DNA of 52,592 nucleotides from a virus (taxonomy: Duplodnaviria > Caudoviricetes), in IMG/VR virus record IMGVR_UViG_3300017760_000007, positions 1-52,592 of that record; one strand, 5' to 3'. How positions within the stretch are numbered: the stretch's first letter is position 1; every line of letters begins with the position of its first letter. Positions 27,684-38,278 of the stretch are shown here, piece by piece. The notes under the pieces are model-generated. The model was not told where the DNA came from, did not search any database, and saw only the letters and a list, made by a program, of their open reading frames with translations. The translations under genes and the position numbers were made by a program.

Positions 27684-29204
27684 TTAAGTAAGAGATGTTC
27701 TTCTCCATGCTCTCACTACTTGATATGGTTGTAAGAGTGAGAAAGAATCAGTACCACCATTATTATTACCACCTGTATAGTTGGTGTAATAATCCGGGCC
27801 GTCATACGTTGCTCTATCTGGGTATTTACCATTTTTAGTATAGGCGTTGGGATTATTTGCTCTCGAATCTGATATACTGTGTCTATGTCTAGGCATTTGA
27901 GAAAGATTCAATGTGTGATTATAATTACCACCACTATTCACATTCTTAAATGCATTTCCAGTATTTGAATATCCACTTAGTGCCTTTCCCTGTGCATATC
28001 TTTCCCATGTGCCAGGGAAGCCAAGATTTGTGGGTGTTGTATCACCAGATGTCAAATAAATCGAGTTTACTGGATATATGAGATCAAATATGGCAGTCTG
28101 TCCGGTGGCTGTTAATCCCTCTGCTGAACTAGCAGTTGCTGTTAGTGTTCCAGTAACTTCTGCACTAGCTAAAGTAGCCTTACCGCTTGTGGCTAATGTA
28201 GTGAATCCACCAGTACTTGCTGTAGTTGCACCAATTGGAACATCGTTTATAGAAGAAAAAGTAGCACCACTTCCTAAATCTGTAGCTACCGCACTTTTCA
28301 CAGCAGACAAGGCAGCGTCTGTTAATCCATCTGCTGAACTAGCAATTGCTGATAATGTTCCAGTAACAGTTGCACTAGCTAAAGTAGCCGCACCGCTAGT
28401 GGTTAGTGTGGTAAATGCACCAGTGTTTGCTGTGCTTGCTCCGATTGGAACATTGTTTATTGCACTATCTCCACCACCAGTTGCTATTAGCGCAGTAAAT
28501 GAGCCAGCCGCTCTATTTGCCGCATCGCCACCACCGATTGTTGTGTTAGTTATTGAACTATTATTTCCACCAGTTGCATTAAACGTAGTAAACGAACCAG
28601 TACCCGCAGTACTAGCACCAATATTTACATTTTCTATAGTACCTGTAGATGCACCAGTGCAGTCTAGTTTTGTAAATTTACCAGTGCCTGGATTAGTATT
28701 ACCTACAGTTACTCCATTGAAGACACCGCCATCTACCATAGAAACTGGTATAACTATGTCGGTAGATCCCTGAGAACTAATGTTACCGTCTCCACCTACC
28801 TGTAACGAAACATTACCTTTCGAGAATCTTAAATTAGCATGAGTACTATTTGTTGCCATTGACCAAGTATTGGTTTTATCAGTACCAGAAGTCATTTGAA
28901 CAACACTTTCGACATTGCCACTATTAACTGTCTGATTCACATATAGAACACCCTCAACATCTGTGTTCTTTTTTACCTTTAAGTCAACACTACCCGATGT
29001 ATCTACTATATCAAAAGTAGCTTCTTTACCTGCACTTAGACTGAAGTCACCGTCAATAGTAACATCACCAGTGTTGGAACTACTTTCGCCTGATCCGAAC
29101 GTAACAGATTTTTTAGCAACATCAATTAACTCATTGGTTCTTTGTCTCCAATCACCAAATGTGTTTGAGTTTGTTATGTCTGCTAGACTAGATTTTTGTG
29201 TCAT
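27684..29204 (-). CDS. Short tail fibre/baseplate protein with a gp10-like C-terminal domain
   Basis: N-terminal NTFGDWRQRTNEL. Central (I/F)xxVxIGxxxxxTGxFTxL repeats. C-terminal IYPVNSIY..PGTWER..GG..HTL..QMPRHRH..QPYQVVRAWRRT is typical of gp10/gp12-type C-terminal domains. Confidence 0.75.
   Translation of the reverse strand: MTQKSSLADITNSNTFGDWRQRTNELIDVAKKSVTFGSGESSSNTGDVTIDGDFSLSAGKEATFDIVDTSGSVDLKVKKNTDVEGVLYVNQTVNSGNVESVVQMTSGTDKTNTWSMATNSTHANLRFSKGNVSLQVGGDGNISSQGSTDIVIPVSMVDGGVFNGVTVGNTNPGTGKFTKLDCTGASTGTIENVNIGASTAGTGSFTTFNATGGNNSSITNTTIGGGDAANRAAGSFTALIATGGGDSAINNVPIGASTANTGAFTTLTTSGAATLASATVTGTLSAIASSADGLTDAALSAVKSAVATDLGSGATFSSINDVPIGATTASTGGFTTLATSGKATLASAEVTGTLTATASSAEGLTATGQTAIFDLIYPVNSIYLTSGDTTPTNLGFPGTWERYAQGKALSGYSNTGNAFKNVNSGGNYNHTLNLSQMPRHRHSISDSRANNPNAYTKNGKYPDRATYDGPDYYTNYTGGNNNGGTDSFSLLQPYQVVRAWRRTSLT
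28111..28460. repeat. Imperfect 140-bp direct repeat (28111-28250 and 28321-28460, period 210 bp)
   Basis: Manual alignment gives 22 mismatches over 140 bp (~84% identity), ungapped and in frame within the fibre gene. Confidence 0.9.
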
Positions 29205-29383
29205 TTTGATATCTCTTTAACTGTATTCTCTAATAATGTCATGGCAGATTCTAATTTCTCTATTCTCTGCTCAAGACTCCTTAAATATTTAGCTTGCTCT
29301 CTTTTGGCAATTGCTTTATGATAAGCACTTGCATCAGTATTAATAACGCCAACGCCACTATCTGATTTCACAAAAGTTTCCAT
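29201..29383 (-). CDS. Small coiled-coil protein downstream of the VrlC-like gene
   Basis: VINTD..AY motif followed by heptads (LEQRIEKLESAMTLLENTVKEI). ATGA overlap with the next gene. Confidence 0.7.
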   Translation of the reverse strand: METFVKSDSGVGVINTDASAYHKAIAKREQAKYLRSLEQRIEKLESAMTLLENTVKEISK

Positions 29384-29385
29384 AA

Positions 29386-32300
29386 TTATCCTGTCAACGC
29401 TATTGCTGTTATGCTATACAAATGAGGGAATAAATTAACATCGGGTGTTATATCTCTCAATTCTGGTGGCTGTAGTTCTGCCGAATTGCTATGTCTGAAT
29501 ACTATTTTTAACTGGAAAGTATTATATTTAGGCGGAACTGCGCTTTCAGCTAAATCATATTCATAATCTCTATAATCATAGATGTTACCAGATATAGAAA
29601 ACTCTTTTGGATTAGAAAGAACAAGTTCTTCCCAAGCACTTACAATTTCAGAGTTGTCCTGTCTAACAAATCTAGAATATACATCAATCTCAGTGCCAGC
29701 AGGCCTATATGCACTTAATCTCACCTTCAAACCTTCGGCGGGCAACTCGTCTTTTAGAATAACTTCTTTAGTGACCCAAGTAGAAGTATTGTCCTCATCA
29801 TCAGTTATCTTATACTCGTAAGCATTTATACTTGATAATTCCGAATCAATAATAGGCGTGACTGCTTGAAAACCATTGTTGTTCAAAGATGCTCTTAAAA
29901 CAAAGTCTTCTGAATCGCCATTTCTCAATCTTTCACTTTTACTAGTAATTCCTTTAGGCTCATCAAGACAATATATATTTGAACTTTTCTCAATAGTCTT
30001 ATCGGAAATTAAATCAGCACCACTTTTCTTGAATAATTCAATATCCGTAGATGTGTTAGAAGTATTATCCACCATAATTTCTGACTGGAAGTATGACAAC
30101 TTTTGCACATCTGTACTAGTGATCGTTGCTGATGCTCCACTGGTCATACCATATATCTTATGAGAGTTTTCTCTAGCTGTACCATTATGCCCAGGTAATG
30201 TTGTGCTATTACCAGTTCCTGTTGCAACAAATATAGTTCCAACTTGAGGAATGACACTACCTGGAACACCAACCTCTCTCCATGCCGTTGTTCTATCAGC
30301 GCCTGCATCACCTAAATTAGTGATAGTATATGTTTTACCTGCTATAAATCTATTCGCTAGATCATCACTAAACACGCTGTTGGGTAAATTATCAATAAAA
30401 TTAGTTGCTGTAGCAGAACTATTTTTAAGATGTATCTTAGATTGTTTTCTAGGATTGTAGTAAGAAACCTCTCCATAGACACACAATTGAACATTAACAT
30501 TACCTGTTGTGAAGAATGGAGTATCTATTAAGATGTCTGTAGTACCTTCAGTAGCACCATCAGAAAAGTTTTCAATCTGTGCAACAATTTTTTCATTTGG
30601 ATCATCGTTTGCAACAATAAACAAGTAGTCGCCATCAGCAAATGGGAAATTATCAGTACCTAAACTAACTGCTATGTTTAGTGTTGTAAGTTCTCCTGGC
30701 TGAACAACAGCAGTTGTTATGTTTCCAGATTCCGGCAAGATGTAAACAGACTCATCATTTTGGAAATGAAGAGTTTTTCTGGTGTTTACTCCACCGCTAT
30801 TAGAATCACTCGCCGTTACTTTAGCGTTGTCTCGTATTGTCAAAAACTCAACATCATTAGGAACTAAATCAACAGTACCAGAAGATTCTGAGAAGTTAAA
30901 TCTATTAATACAGAACTTGAGGTCTTCGTCTTGATAAGATTTCCAAGCACTATCGTTTGTTGAAGTGAATAATACACCGTCACCCCAGTCATTGACTACT
31001 GGCAATTGAGATGCTACAGCACCCTTAGACAAACTTGTTGATCCAACCTTAGCTGTAAATATCAAATACTCTGGCGAGTTACCATCTGGAATGACAACAA
31101 AACAGTATTCAGTATCCGCTTTCAATTTAACAGGATTGTCAAATGCAAATTTTGTTGCAGAAGTACCATTTGCAGACACCAATACATCTTGACTCTCTAG
31201 GTGTTTAACGCCAAATGGTAAAACTTTTGATGTTGGATAGCCATTGAGAACTTCTCGTAACTGTAGTGTCACACCAACTGAAGTATCCTTTCTCTTGAAG
31301 TACACATCAACATCACTAATGAAAGTAAAGTTTGCTCCATTTGTATCTGAGGACTTAATTCTAAATGTTTGTGCAATAGGATCAACAGTTTTTACTTGGA
31401 ACTGTCTTTCAATTATGTTGGTAGAAACATCAAAATCAACCGTTCGTGTTGTGACATTAATTTCAGACTTATTGAGTGCAAAGTTGTATCCTCTATAAGT
31501 CGCTTTAGCGTAAGAAGTTGATGCTGATTCTATTGAACTGTATTGATCAACATCTACAATCTCTAAATCATTTTCACCAACAAAGAACTTACCTGCTGGC
31601 ATCTCAAAAACTGCCCTTAGTTGTCCTTTACTGTTTGTATATACAGCTTTACCCTTTACTCTTCTTTCGGTTCTTAAACTGCCGAATCTATATCTACCTG
31701 TCTGATATCTAGCACTACTTCTTCTACCACTAGTATTATATTTTGCCAAATCTTTTAGAGGAATTACGTCATCATTAACATCAGTTTCGTCAAAGAAGAA
31801 ATAGTGTCTAGTATTTGGTCTTAAACCTGCAACAAAAATTCTTATTGCTGTAGATGGAAGATATGGCTTCATTCTAACATCAGTTACAAAATTACCGAAT
31901 GTTTGCTCTTCAGTTCTTGGTGTAGCCGTTAAACTCTGCATCTCTATACTTTCTGCGAAGTTTTGAGTACGCACCGTTCTAGTTACATTTCGTGTTCCTC
32001 TGCGGCCAGCACTTACTTCCACTTGTTCTCTTGCCCAAGATTGGTTAATAAGTCTTGGATCACCAACTGTTCCCTTCTCTCTAGTTAAGGGCATAAATTC
32101 TTGAATACCATCAACCAAATCCAATAAAGGACCTTGTAGATCAATATCAAAATTGACAGCAGGGTTTTGAATGACATCTCTGTCAGAACTAAATTTAGGA
32201 TAAATGTCTGCTTGACCCTGATAACTATAATAGTTAGATACACAACTTCTAAAGTTTGTAGCATATGGTTGATCAATAATTTTAACTCGTGTTGCGTCTG

Positions 32301-35253
32301 GAACAAGAGAAAGAATATCATCAAAGCCAGTCTCGGCAGTAGACACATTAGCGTTTACGAGAAGTGTTGATGCAGGATCTATCTTTAAATCTACAGGGAA
32401 CTCTCTGATTGCAGGCATTGCAACAGTTCTAGTTTCATCAATCGCCGAACTAAATTCTGGATCAAATAACTGCGCTCCACGAAATGACTGAAACTTATCA
32501 ACTAGAATACCGTTTTTGAATCTTTCGTTGCCATCAGCATTTCTTACGATCAAAGATTTTGCTTGAACTTCAGCAAGAGATAATTGAACAATATTAGAAA
32601 GATTCTCGACTTTCATCTCAAGTTCTTCAATATCTTTCATCGTGTAAGTCTTATTCTTTTTATCCAAAACAGTAATTGGGTTTGAACCATTAACTTTAGC
32701 AGTGTTGCCTGGTACAAATATAGAAGAAATAGGATACTGTCTATCTAGTTGTGGTGCTTGAGGCGATTCAGACTCATCACCCTTAACAATAGATATTTCT
32801 CCGTACTCATTTATAACAACACTATCAGTTCTGGATAGAGTGTAATTGTATGTACTGTTAATAACACTAGAGTTTCCAAATAATGTTTTACCTAGCACTT
32901 CAACTTCAGATGATAGTGAGTCAGCGTATTCTAGGGTTCCACCATTACCCACTAGAGAAGTGGCGGCTCCTGCATTTGCTCTGCTATTAGCAGGGTCAAC
33001 GATATTTCTTTTATACGGTCTCATATCATAAGAATCTAAAAGACTATATAAATCTAAACTTTTTGATGAGTAGTCATTGATCAGATGTCTTAAACTTGTT
33101 ACACTAGAGTAGCTACTAGCAGTTAAATAGCCGTTACCATTTGCACTACTTCTAGATAGATACTTGAACTCAACCAATAATATAGCATTATCTGCTACTG
33201 GTTCTTCTCCAGATTTTAACTGAATATATGATAGGTCATAATGTGTATCTGTCTGATTATTTACAAGCCTAAATTTAGAAGTAACATCTATGATGTCAGC
33301 ATCTGGTGTACTCTTACCCTCAGATGCATCGGTTAATCCAACACTAACCAATTGAATAGTATTTGGTACACCAAGAGTGGCTTTTTTATTGGTCAGATCA
33401 AACTTGGTATATACCATAGCATTTTCTTCAGCTAAAGTATCAGCGGCAGTGTCCTTAACTACTTCTTGATAATGTACAACAGCAGATGCTGGCGCACTTG
33501 AACCAAAAGTAACTGTCATTGAAGTGAACCCAGAAGCATTTGGAGAAGTGTTCATCTGGACACTTGATGCAGGGTATATCAGATCATTGTTGATGGCAAA
33601 TATAGTACTTGCGTCTGCAATTGGTTGCGTAATGAGAGTTGCGGGTATAGTAACAACTCTATCAACAGTTTGTAAGTCAACATCTGTACTTGTTTTTGCC
33701 CTTCGAACTAGATTAGTATCTGTGATAGAATTTAAGTTGCTTTGACCAGTTTTAAAAATGTAACAACCCTTTGTTCGCTCTTGTAAAACTCCACCGTTTG
33801 TTAGTGTAACTTTTGATGCTGTGGCGATATTAAATCCACCCAGTAAAGTTGGAGCATTTGGAAGAATGTGAGTTGGTACAGCAGTTGAACTTTTTACGAT
33901 GTTAAAAACATATATTCTTCCGGGCTCAACACTAGCCACATTACAAGAACCAACTTTTTGAGTGCTAGAATATAGAGCCATCTTTGGATATATCACATTA
34001 GGCTCTAAATTAAAATCTATAACTGCTTGTCCTGCCGCCGAATTAAACGTAAAGTATTGACCATAATCAACACTAGTTCTTTGTGATAGTTTAGTTTTGG
34101 TAGTAGTAACAGGATCAATATTAAGTTTCTTCGTAGTCACATTAGTAACTTCTCTACCAAAGACATACGCTTTACCTGGTTGTACTTCTGCTTGAGCAGT
34201 AGTAATCTCTTGATCGACATCATTCGTACTTGTCACGGTGTTAAGTGAAGTCGCTAAACCATTGACAACATAGTTACCAGATTCTTCATATGTTCTTCTT
34301 GCAAGTTCGTCACCGATAACATTAAACTCAGTGAAGTTTCTTAGTCGAGTTGCATTACCATCAACATATCTAATTAAAGCAAAAAACTCTGCTGGCTCTG
34401 ATGCAGTTGCCACTGAAGTTAAAACGGGTACGAGTTGTAATCTGTCTGCTCCAGGTGCGTTCTGGTTATTGAATCCAGTTGCATTATCTAAAAGACTACT
34501 ATCAAGATTAGAGTCAATTATATTTTCATTAACAGCGAAACCAACAGATACGTTTTCTGGCGAATTAGTATATCGAGAAACAATAACTAGTTGTCTTTCA
34601 ACAAATATGAAATGCCCTTTTTGATATATGACACCCTCTTCACAAGACACACCAAACGAATCACCTGCGTAGTCGTCACTAGAGTTGTCAGCAGTAAAAG
34701 TGACATTAACATTATCGACCTTTACTTGTTCGAATACACCGCTACCATTATCTGGTTTTAGTAAGTTTAATTTTTCACCTTTGATGAATTTCTTTTGACC
34801 GGTTTCTAAATTAGCATTTAAGTAATTAATAAAAAATGTTTTTAGATTAGGTGCTTGAGTTTCGAAACCACCCAAACCCTTTACAATTTCTGCTCGTATG
34901 TTACTTGATTGACCTTCAAGAATAAATCGACTAGTCGATCCAAAGTTTGCGTCATTAGTATCAGTGATCTCAAACTCATCATATATTGATGGGTCAGTAA
35001 ATCCAACCTGATCTTGAAGTTTGATATATTTTAAATCACTTCTAGAAGTCAAGTTGATACCACTAATGATAGTACCTTCTTTATATACATTTGACCCAAA
35101 CCTTTCTACTTGCTTTTGTAGAATAGTTTGTAGCTGAGTTAATTCTCTCGCTTGAACAGCCCTAGATGGTTTAAACAAAACACGGTTAAACTGTTTTGTT
35201 TCGTCAAAATCATCGTAGTACGGATCTACATTTAAGTCTTTGTTGATACTCAT
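29386..35253 (-). CDS. VrlC-like / DUF4815 large baseplate-associated structural protein
   Basis: N-terminal DLNVDPYYDDFD..RVLFKP..AVQARELTQLQ.ILQ.Q. Also APGADRL, LARRTYEESGNY, RFKNGILVDKF and DPIAQTF. Confidence 0.88.
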   Translation of the reverse strand: MSINKDLNVDPYYDDFDETKQFNRVLFKPSRAVQARELTQLQTILQKQVERFGSNVYKEGTIISGINLTSRSDLKYIKLQDQVGFTDPSIYDEFEITDTNDANFGSTSRFILEGQSSNIRAEIVKGLGGFETQAPNLKTFFINYLNANLETGQKKFIKGEKLNLLKPDNGSGVFEQVKVDNVNVTFTADNSSDDYAGDSFGVSCEEGVIYQKGHFIFVERQLVIVSRYTNSPENVSVGFAVNENIIDSNLDSSLLDNATGFNNQNAPGADRLQLVPVLTSVATASEPAEFFALIRYVDGNATRLRNFTEFNVIGDELARRTYEESGNYVVNGLATSLNTVTSTNDVDQEITTAQAEVQPGKAYVFGREVTNVTTKKLNIDPVTTTKTKLSQRTSVDYGQYFTFNSAAGQAVIDFNLEPNVIYPKMALYSSTQKVGSCNVASVEPGRIYVFNIVKSSTAVPTHILPNAPTLLGGFNIATASKVTLTNGGVLQERTKGCYIFKTGQSNLNSITDTNLVRRAKTSTDVDLQTVDRVVTIPATLITQPIADASTIFAINNDLIYPASSVQMNTSPNASGFTSMTVTFGSSAPASAVVHYQEVVKDTAADTLAEENAMVYTKFDLTNKKATLGVPNTIQLVSVGLTDASEGKSTPDADIIDVTSKFRLVNNQTDTHYDLSYIQLKSGEEPVADNAILLVEFKYLSRSSANGNGYLTASSYSSVTSLRHLINDYSSKSLDLYSLLDSYDMRPYKRNIVDPANSRANAGAATSLVGNGGTLEYADSLSSEVEVLGKTLFGNSSVINSTYNYTLSRTDSVVINEYGEISIVKGDESESPQAPQLDRQYPISSIFVPGNTAKVNGSNPITVLDKKNKTYTMKDIEELEMKVENLSNIVQLSLAEVQAKSLIVRNADGNERFKNGILVDKFQSFRGAQLFDPEFSSAIDETRTVAMPAIREFPVDLKIDPASTLLVNANVSTAETGFDDILSLVPDATRVKIIDQPYATNFRSCVSNYYSYQGQADIYPKFSSDRDVIQNPAVNFDIDLQGPLLDLVDGIQEFMPLTREKGTVGDPRLINQSWAREQVEVSAGRRGTRNVTRTVRTQNFAESIEMQSLTATPRTEEQTFGNFVTDVRMKPYLPSTAIRIFVAGLRPNTRHYFFFDETDVNDDVIPLKDLAKYNTSGRRSSARYQTGRYRFGSLRTERRVKGKAVYTNSKGQLRAVFEMPAGKFFVGENDLEIVDVDQYSSIESASTSYAKATYRGYNFALNKSEINVTTRTVDFDVSTNIIERQFQVKTVDPIAQTFRIKSSDTNGANFTFISDVDVYFKRKDTSVGVTLQLREVLNGYPTSKVLPFGVKHLESQDVLVSANGTSATKFAFDNPVKLKADTEYCFVVIPDGNSPEYLIFTAKVGSTSLSKGAVASQLPVVNDWGDGVLFTSTNDSAWKSYQDEDLKFCINRFNFSESSGTVDLVPNDVEFLTIRDNAKVTASDSNSGGVNTRKTLHFQNDESVYILPESGNITTAVVQPGELTTLNIAVSLGTDNFPFADGDYLFIVANDDPNEKIVAQIENFSDGATEGTTDILIDTPFFTTGNVNVQLCVYGEVSYYNPRKQSKIHLKNSSATATNFIDNLPNSVFSDDLANRFIAGKTYTITNLGDAGADRTTAWREVGVPGSVIPQVGTIFVATGTGNSTTLPGHNGTARENSHKIYGMTSGASATITSTDVQKLSYFQSEIMVDNTSNTSTDIELFKKSGADLISDKTIEKSSNIYCLDEPKGITSKSERLRNGDSEDFVLRASLNNNGFQAVTPIIDSELSSINAYEYKITDDEDNTSTWVTKEVILKDELPAEGLKVRLSAYRPAGTEIDVYSRFVRQDNSEIVSAWEELVLSNPKEFSISGNIYDYRDYEYDLAESAVPPKYNTFQLKIVFRHSNSAELQPPELRDITPDVNLFPHLYSITAIALTG

Positions 35254-35271
35254 GTTTTATTCTCTTTTCCT

Positions 35272-37257
35272 TTAAAAGTCAAACGTGAACTTTATCGTTT
35301 CATTCTTGTCTGGTGATCTTGGTATTGGAGAAAAATCTATAAAGTGTAGAAGTTCCCCACTGTATGGGTCTAAAGACCCATGCACAACTGTGTCTGCTAT
35401 CATATTATTTATAAACGTAATAGATGTAGGTAATGTTTTAACGTAGAATTTACCCGGCATAAATCTATTACTATGTCCACCATCATAGTCTACTACAAAA
35501 ATGCTAGTGACATTATTCTCATATTTCACTTCGTGTATTCTACCACGAATTATTTCTAGACGATAGTCATATCCTGCTTCTGTTGTATCAACCGCATCTC
35601 TAGCAAAAGACAGCTTTGCGTATAGAGTAGAGTCTATTTCAGCAGTTCTTTGAGAAACAAAAATGCTACCAACACTTTCTGATGTTGCTCCTATCAACGA
35701 CCATACATTAGTCTCAACATTTCCTTTATCGACAATAGTATATGTTACTCCGTCAACAGCATCTTGTATATCAATTGTCTCGACATACTGTTCAATATAA
35801 TTGTTTTCCTGTCCACCATTTGCTAATGCACTACCACTAATGAGAGCCCCACCAACATCATTTATCTGTAAGATGGTTCTATTATCAAACTCATGCGACT
35901 CGTTTTCAGATGGAACAAATGGATCGCCTGTCGATGAGTCAGTGAAAGTAGGGTTCTTTAAAAGACCAACCATAGAGTATGTATTACCATTTGGTATTGC
36001 AGGTCTTTCTCCATTGAAAACAGAAACCAAAGTAATTTTACTTGTAGCCATTTCGTTAATCGGGTCTGAACCATGACCACCCTTCGGAGAAACGATTGCA
36101 CGAAGAACAGTTGGATTATCCAGTACTGATGTGCTACCCTTTAGATTCGGTGGATAGATAATATTTGCTTCTGCGTATTTGTATTCTGTTCCTCTAGTTT
36201 CAAACCCAATAGCTACAAGAGTTCCAAATCTATCCAGTTTACCATATGCTTTACATCTAGTACCAGTTAATGTGCTAGGAGTAACATCGACTTTCACAAC
36301 TAATTGATAAATCTCTTGAGCGTTAAACGTGTCTTCAGTTTCAATATCCAATACAATAGAGTTAGCCGCAAGAAGAGTTCTAGAGGCTTTAACTTCATAT
36401 AACTTACCATCGTTGATACCACTCTTTGCTCTTAGATACATATTTTTATAAGCGTCATTAGATATGTAAAGTGATCTACCAGAAACAACACTGGTGCTGA
36501 CCACAACTTGCTTAGTTTTTCCTGTTACCAATGACGCATCTGGATTTTCAATCTTAACATCAGACGCATCATGTATTGATGTTGCAGGACCGAATAGATA
36601 CTGATTGAACTGACTGGGCCGAGTGCTTTCTATTACAATTCTAGAAACAGATTCTTCTGCATTAGAAACAACATTGAAATCACCATAGCCACCAGAACCT
36701 TTAGTAAATTCCGAAACAGGTAGACTCCCTGATGTTCTATAATCAATGGCATCTTGTGCTGTAACAGTAAACATAACGTGCCAGACATATCCATCAGAAC
36801 CAGTAAAGAAGCCATAGCTTTCTGGATCAATTTCTGCGGCAATATCTCTTGATACTGCTCCATTATTATTGTCGATACATTTTAGAATGATATAATCATT
36901 TCCGTCAGCTACCTGTACACTGACAATCATGTTAAGTTTTTCGACATCTTTTGTATCATCGTAAGCATCATAGACTCTTCCCTCTTCCCACGGGTTGTCT
37001 AAGAACATATATTTCGCTTCATTGGTCGATCCAGTACCACCGACTCCTCTTGTGGCAACATCTATTCGTTTACCAAATACTATTTTTCTCTGAAAGTCTC
37101 TTTTTGAGACCTGAGTATTTGTGATTGGATCAACACCTAAATTTTCAGTTTTAGTAATACTTCGAGACGCCACGGCGTAGTAGTCATCAGTCTCTAAACT
37201 GTCAACTAAGTTTTTGGTTACGCCTACTCTAAAGTTTTCTGTTATAATTTTCGTCAT
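35272..37257 (-). CDS. gp8: Baseplate wedge protein gp8-like (expanded)
   Basis: W..GRVYDAYDD, KCIDNNNGA.S, DGYVW, AIVSPKGGHGSDPINE and terminal GELLHFID..PI.RSPD..E.IK..FDF. 661 aa. Confidence 0.8.
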   Translation of the reverse strand: MTKIITENFRVGVTKNLVDSLETDDYYAVASRSITKTENLGVDPITNTQVSKRDFQRKIVFGKRIDVATRGVGGTGSTNEAKYMFLDNPWEEGRVYDAYDDTKDVEKLNMIVSVQVADGNDYIILKCIDNNNGAVSRDIAAEIDPESYGFFTGSDGYVWHVMFTVTAQDAIDYRTSGSLPVSEFTKGSGGYGDFNVVSNAEESVSRIVIESTRPSQFNQYLFGPATSIHDASDVKIENPDASLVTGKTKQVVVSTSVVSGRSLYISNDAYKNMYLRAKSGINDGKLYEVKASRTLLAANSIVLDIETEDTFNAQEIYQLVVKVDVTPSTLTGTRCKAYGKLDRFGTLVAIGFETRGTEYKYAEANIIYPPNLKGSTSVLDNPTVLRAIVSPKGGHGSDPINEMATSKITLVSVFNGERPAIPNGNTYSMVGLLKNPTFTDSSTGDPFVPSENESHEFDNRTILQINDVGGALISGSALANGGQENNYIEQYVETIDIQDAVDGVTYTIVDKGNVETNVWSLIGATSESVGSIFVSQRTAEIDSTLYAKLSFARDAVDTTEAGYDYRLEIIRGRIHEVKYENNVTSIFVVDYDGGHSNRFMPGKFYVKTLPTSITFINNMIADTVVHGSLDPYSGELLHFIDFSPIPRSPDKNETIKFTFDF

Positions 37258-37272
37258 TTCTTTTTCGATCCT

Positions 37273-38265
37273 CTATAGAGATCGTCTCTCCTTTGTAGTT
37301 GGTCCTATCACATATGGATACTCTGGTTCGTCAAGTTCATCTAGTGTTATGAAGTATGCATAAGTTCCTTTTTTATAGTCTGGAGTTATGCAAAATCTAC
37401 CATTATGTTCGTCTAAAAAGGCGCCTGAATTATTAGCGTGTTTACTAGCATTATACGAGTAATCTTCTATGAAGTTACCCATTGAGTAAGTATTTCCTAA
37501 TGATTTTCTATTTTCAGTTTCATCATTAATATTTCTTTTAACATAACTGCTTCTCATCTTAACTACAGCACTAGCACTATTGAATGGGCTTGCATATCCA
37601 TAGGGTCCGTAAATTGGAAATCCATCAAAAGCAAAACCTAATATTTTTGAGTGCCCAGAAGTAAAATTTTTATTATCAAAAATGCCACCGGCGTGTCTCA
37701 AAAAGTCACCAAAAAATGGTTCATTGAATGGCTTTTCTAAATTGAAATATGCACTACTTTGCTTTAGTTTGCTTACATTATTCCATCCATTTAAGTAGAA
37801 TGCTCCACTTCTATATCTATACTCTCCATTTGCTTCTGGTCTTCCACCACAAGCATCAGTTGGATACTGGCTAACTAATAACTCTGGAACATTGAATGTT
37901 CTTAAACCAGAACTTGTTCCATTATTATCTTGTTGTACCCCAGGTGGAAAGAGAGCAACACCATTTGCCATGACACCTATTGCGTTTAATTCGAACAACC
38001 CCTCATCGTTTATATAAACATCGTGTGGACTAGAATCAACAAGGTCTGCTCCAATATATCCAGTATTATCAGCATTATTCTGTAGTATTCCACCTTGACC
38101 GCCACGATAATCTATCGAATAAGTTTTATCCTGATCAGCAATAACTGCCCCACCAGAAAAAAGTCTAGATCCTATATTTTTAGGTAAACCAGACCCATCA
38201 AGATTAGAACCGCCAGCTAAAGCAGGAAATGGATCACCGTCTGTAGTAACTTTTAATACTGTCAT
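37273..38265 (-). CDS. YHYH-domain family protein with the motif changed to YRYR
   Basis: GVMANGVALF, HSKILGFAFDGFPIYGPYG, FIEDY.Y, LDEHNGRF..TP.Y..GTYAYFIT and YPYVIG are YHYH-family blocks. Confidence 0.85.
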   Translation of the reverse strand: MTVLKVTTDGDPFPALAGGSNLDGSGLPKNIGSRLFSGGAVIADQDKTYSIDYRGGQGGILQNNADNTGYIGADLVDSSPHDVYINDEGLFELNAIGVMANGVALFPPGVQQDNNGTSSGLRTFNVPELLVSQYPTDACGGRPEANGEYRYRSGAFYLNGWNNVSKLKQSSAYFNLEKPFNEPFFGDFLRHAGGIFDNKNFTSGHSKILGFAFDGFPIYGPYGYASPFNSASAVVKMRSSYVKRNINDETENRKSLGNTYSMGNFIEDYSYNASKHANNSGAFLDEHNGRFCITPDYKKGTYAYFITLDELDEPEYPYVIGPTTKERRSL

Positions 38266-38278
38266 TTATTTACCTATA

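Noticed and set aside
28111-28460. Possible DGR template/variable repeat pair
   Set aside because: Both copies are in frame in one gene, the mismatches are not adenine-specific, and there is no reverse transcriptase in the window.
28078-28773. 231-aa + strand ORF with repeats
   Set aside because: It is the antisense mirror of the Gly/Thr/Ala repeat fibre gene, with no RBS or promoter support.
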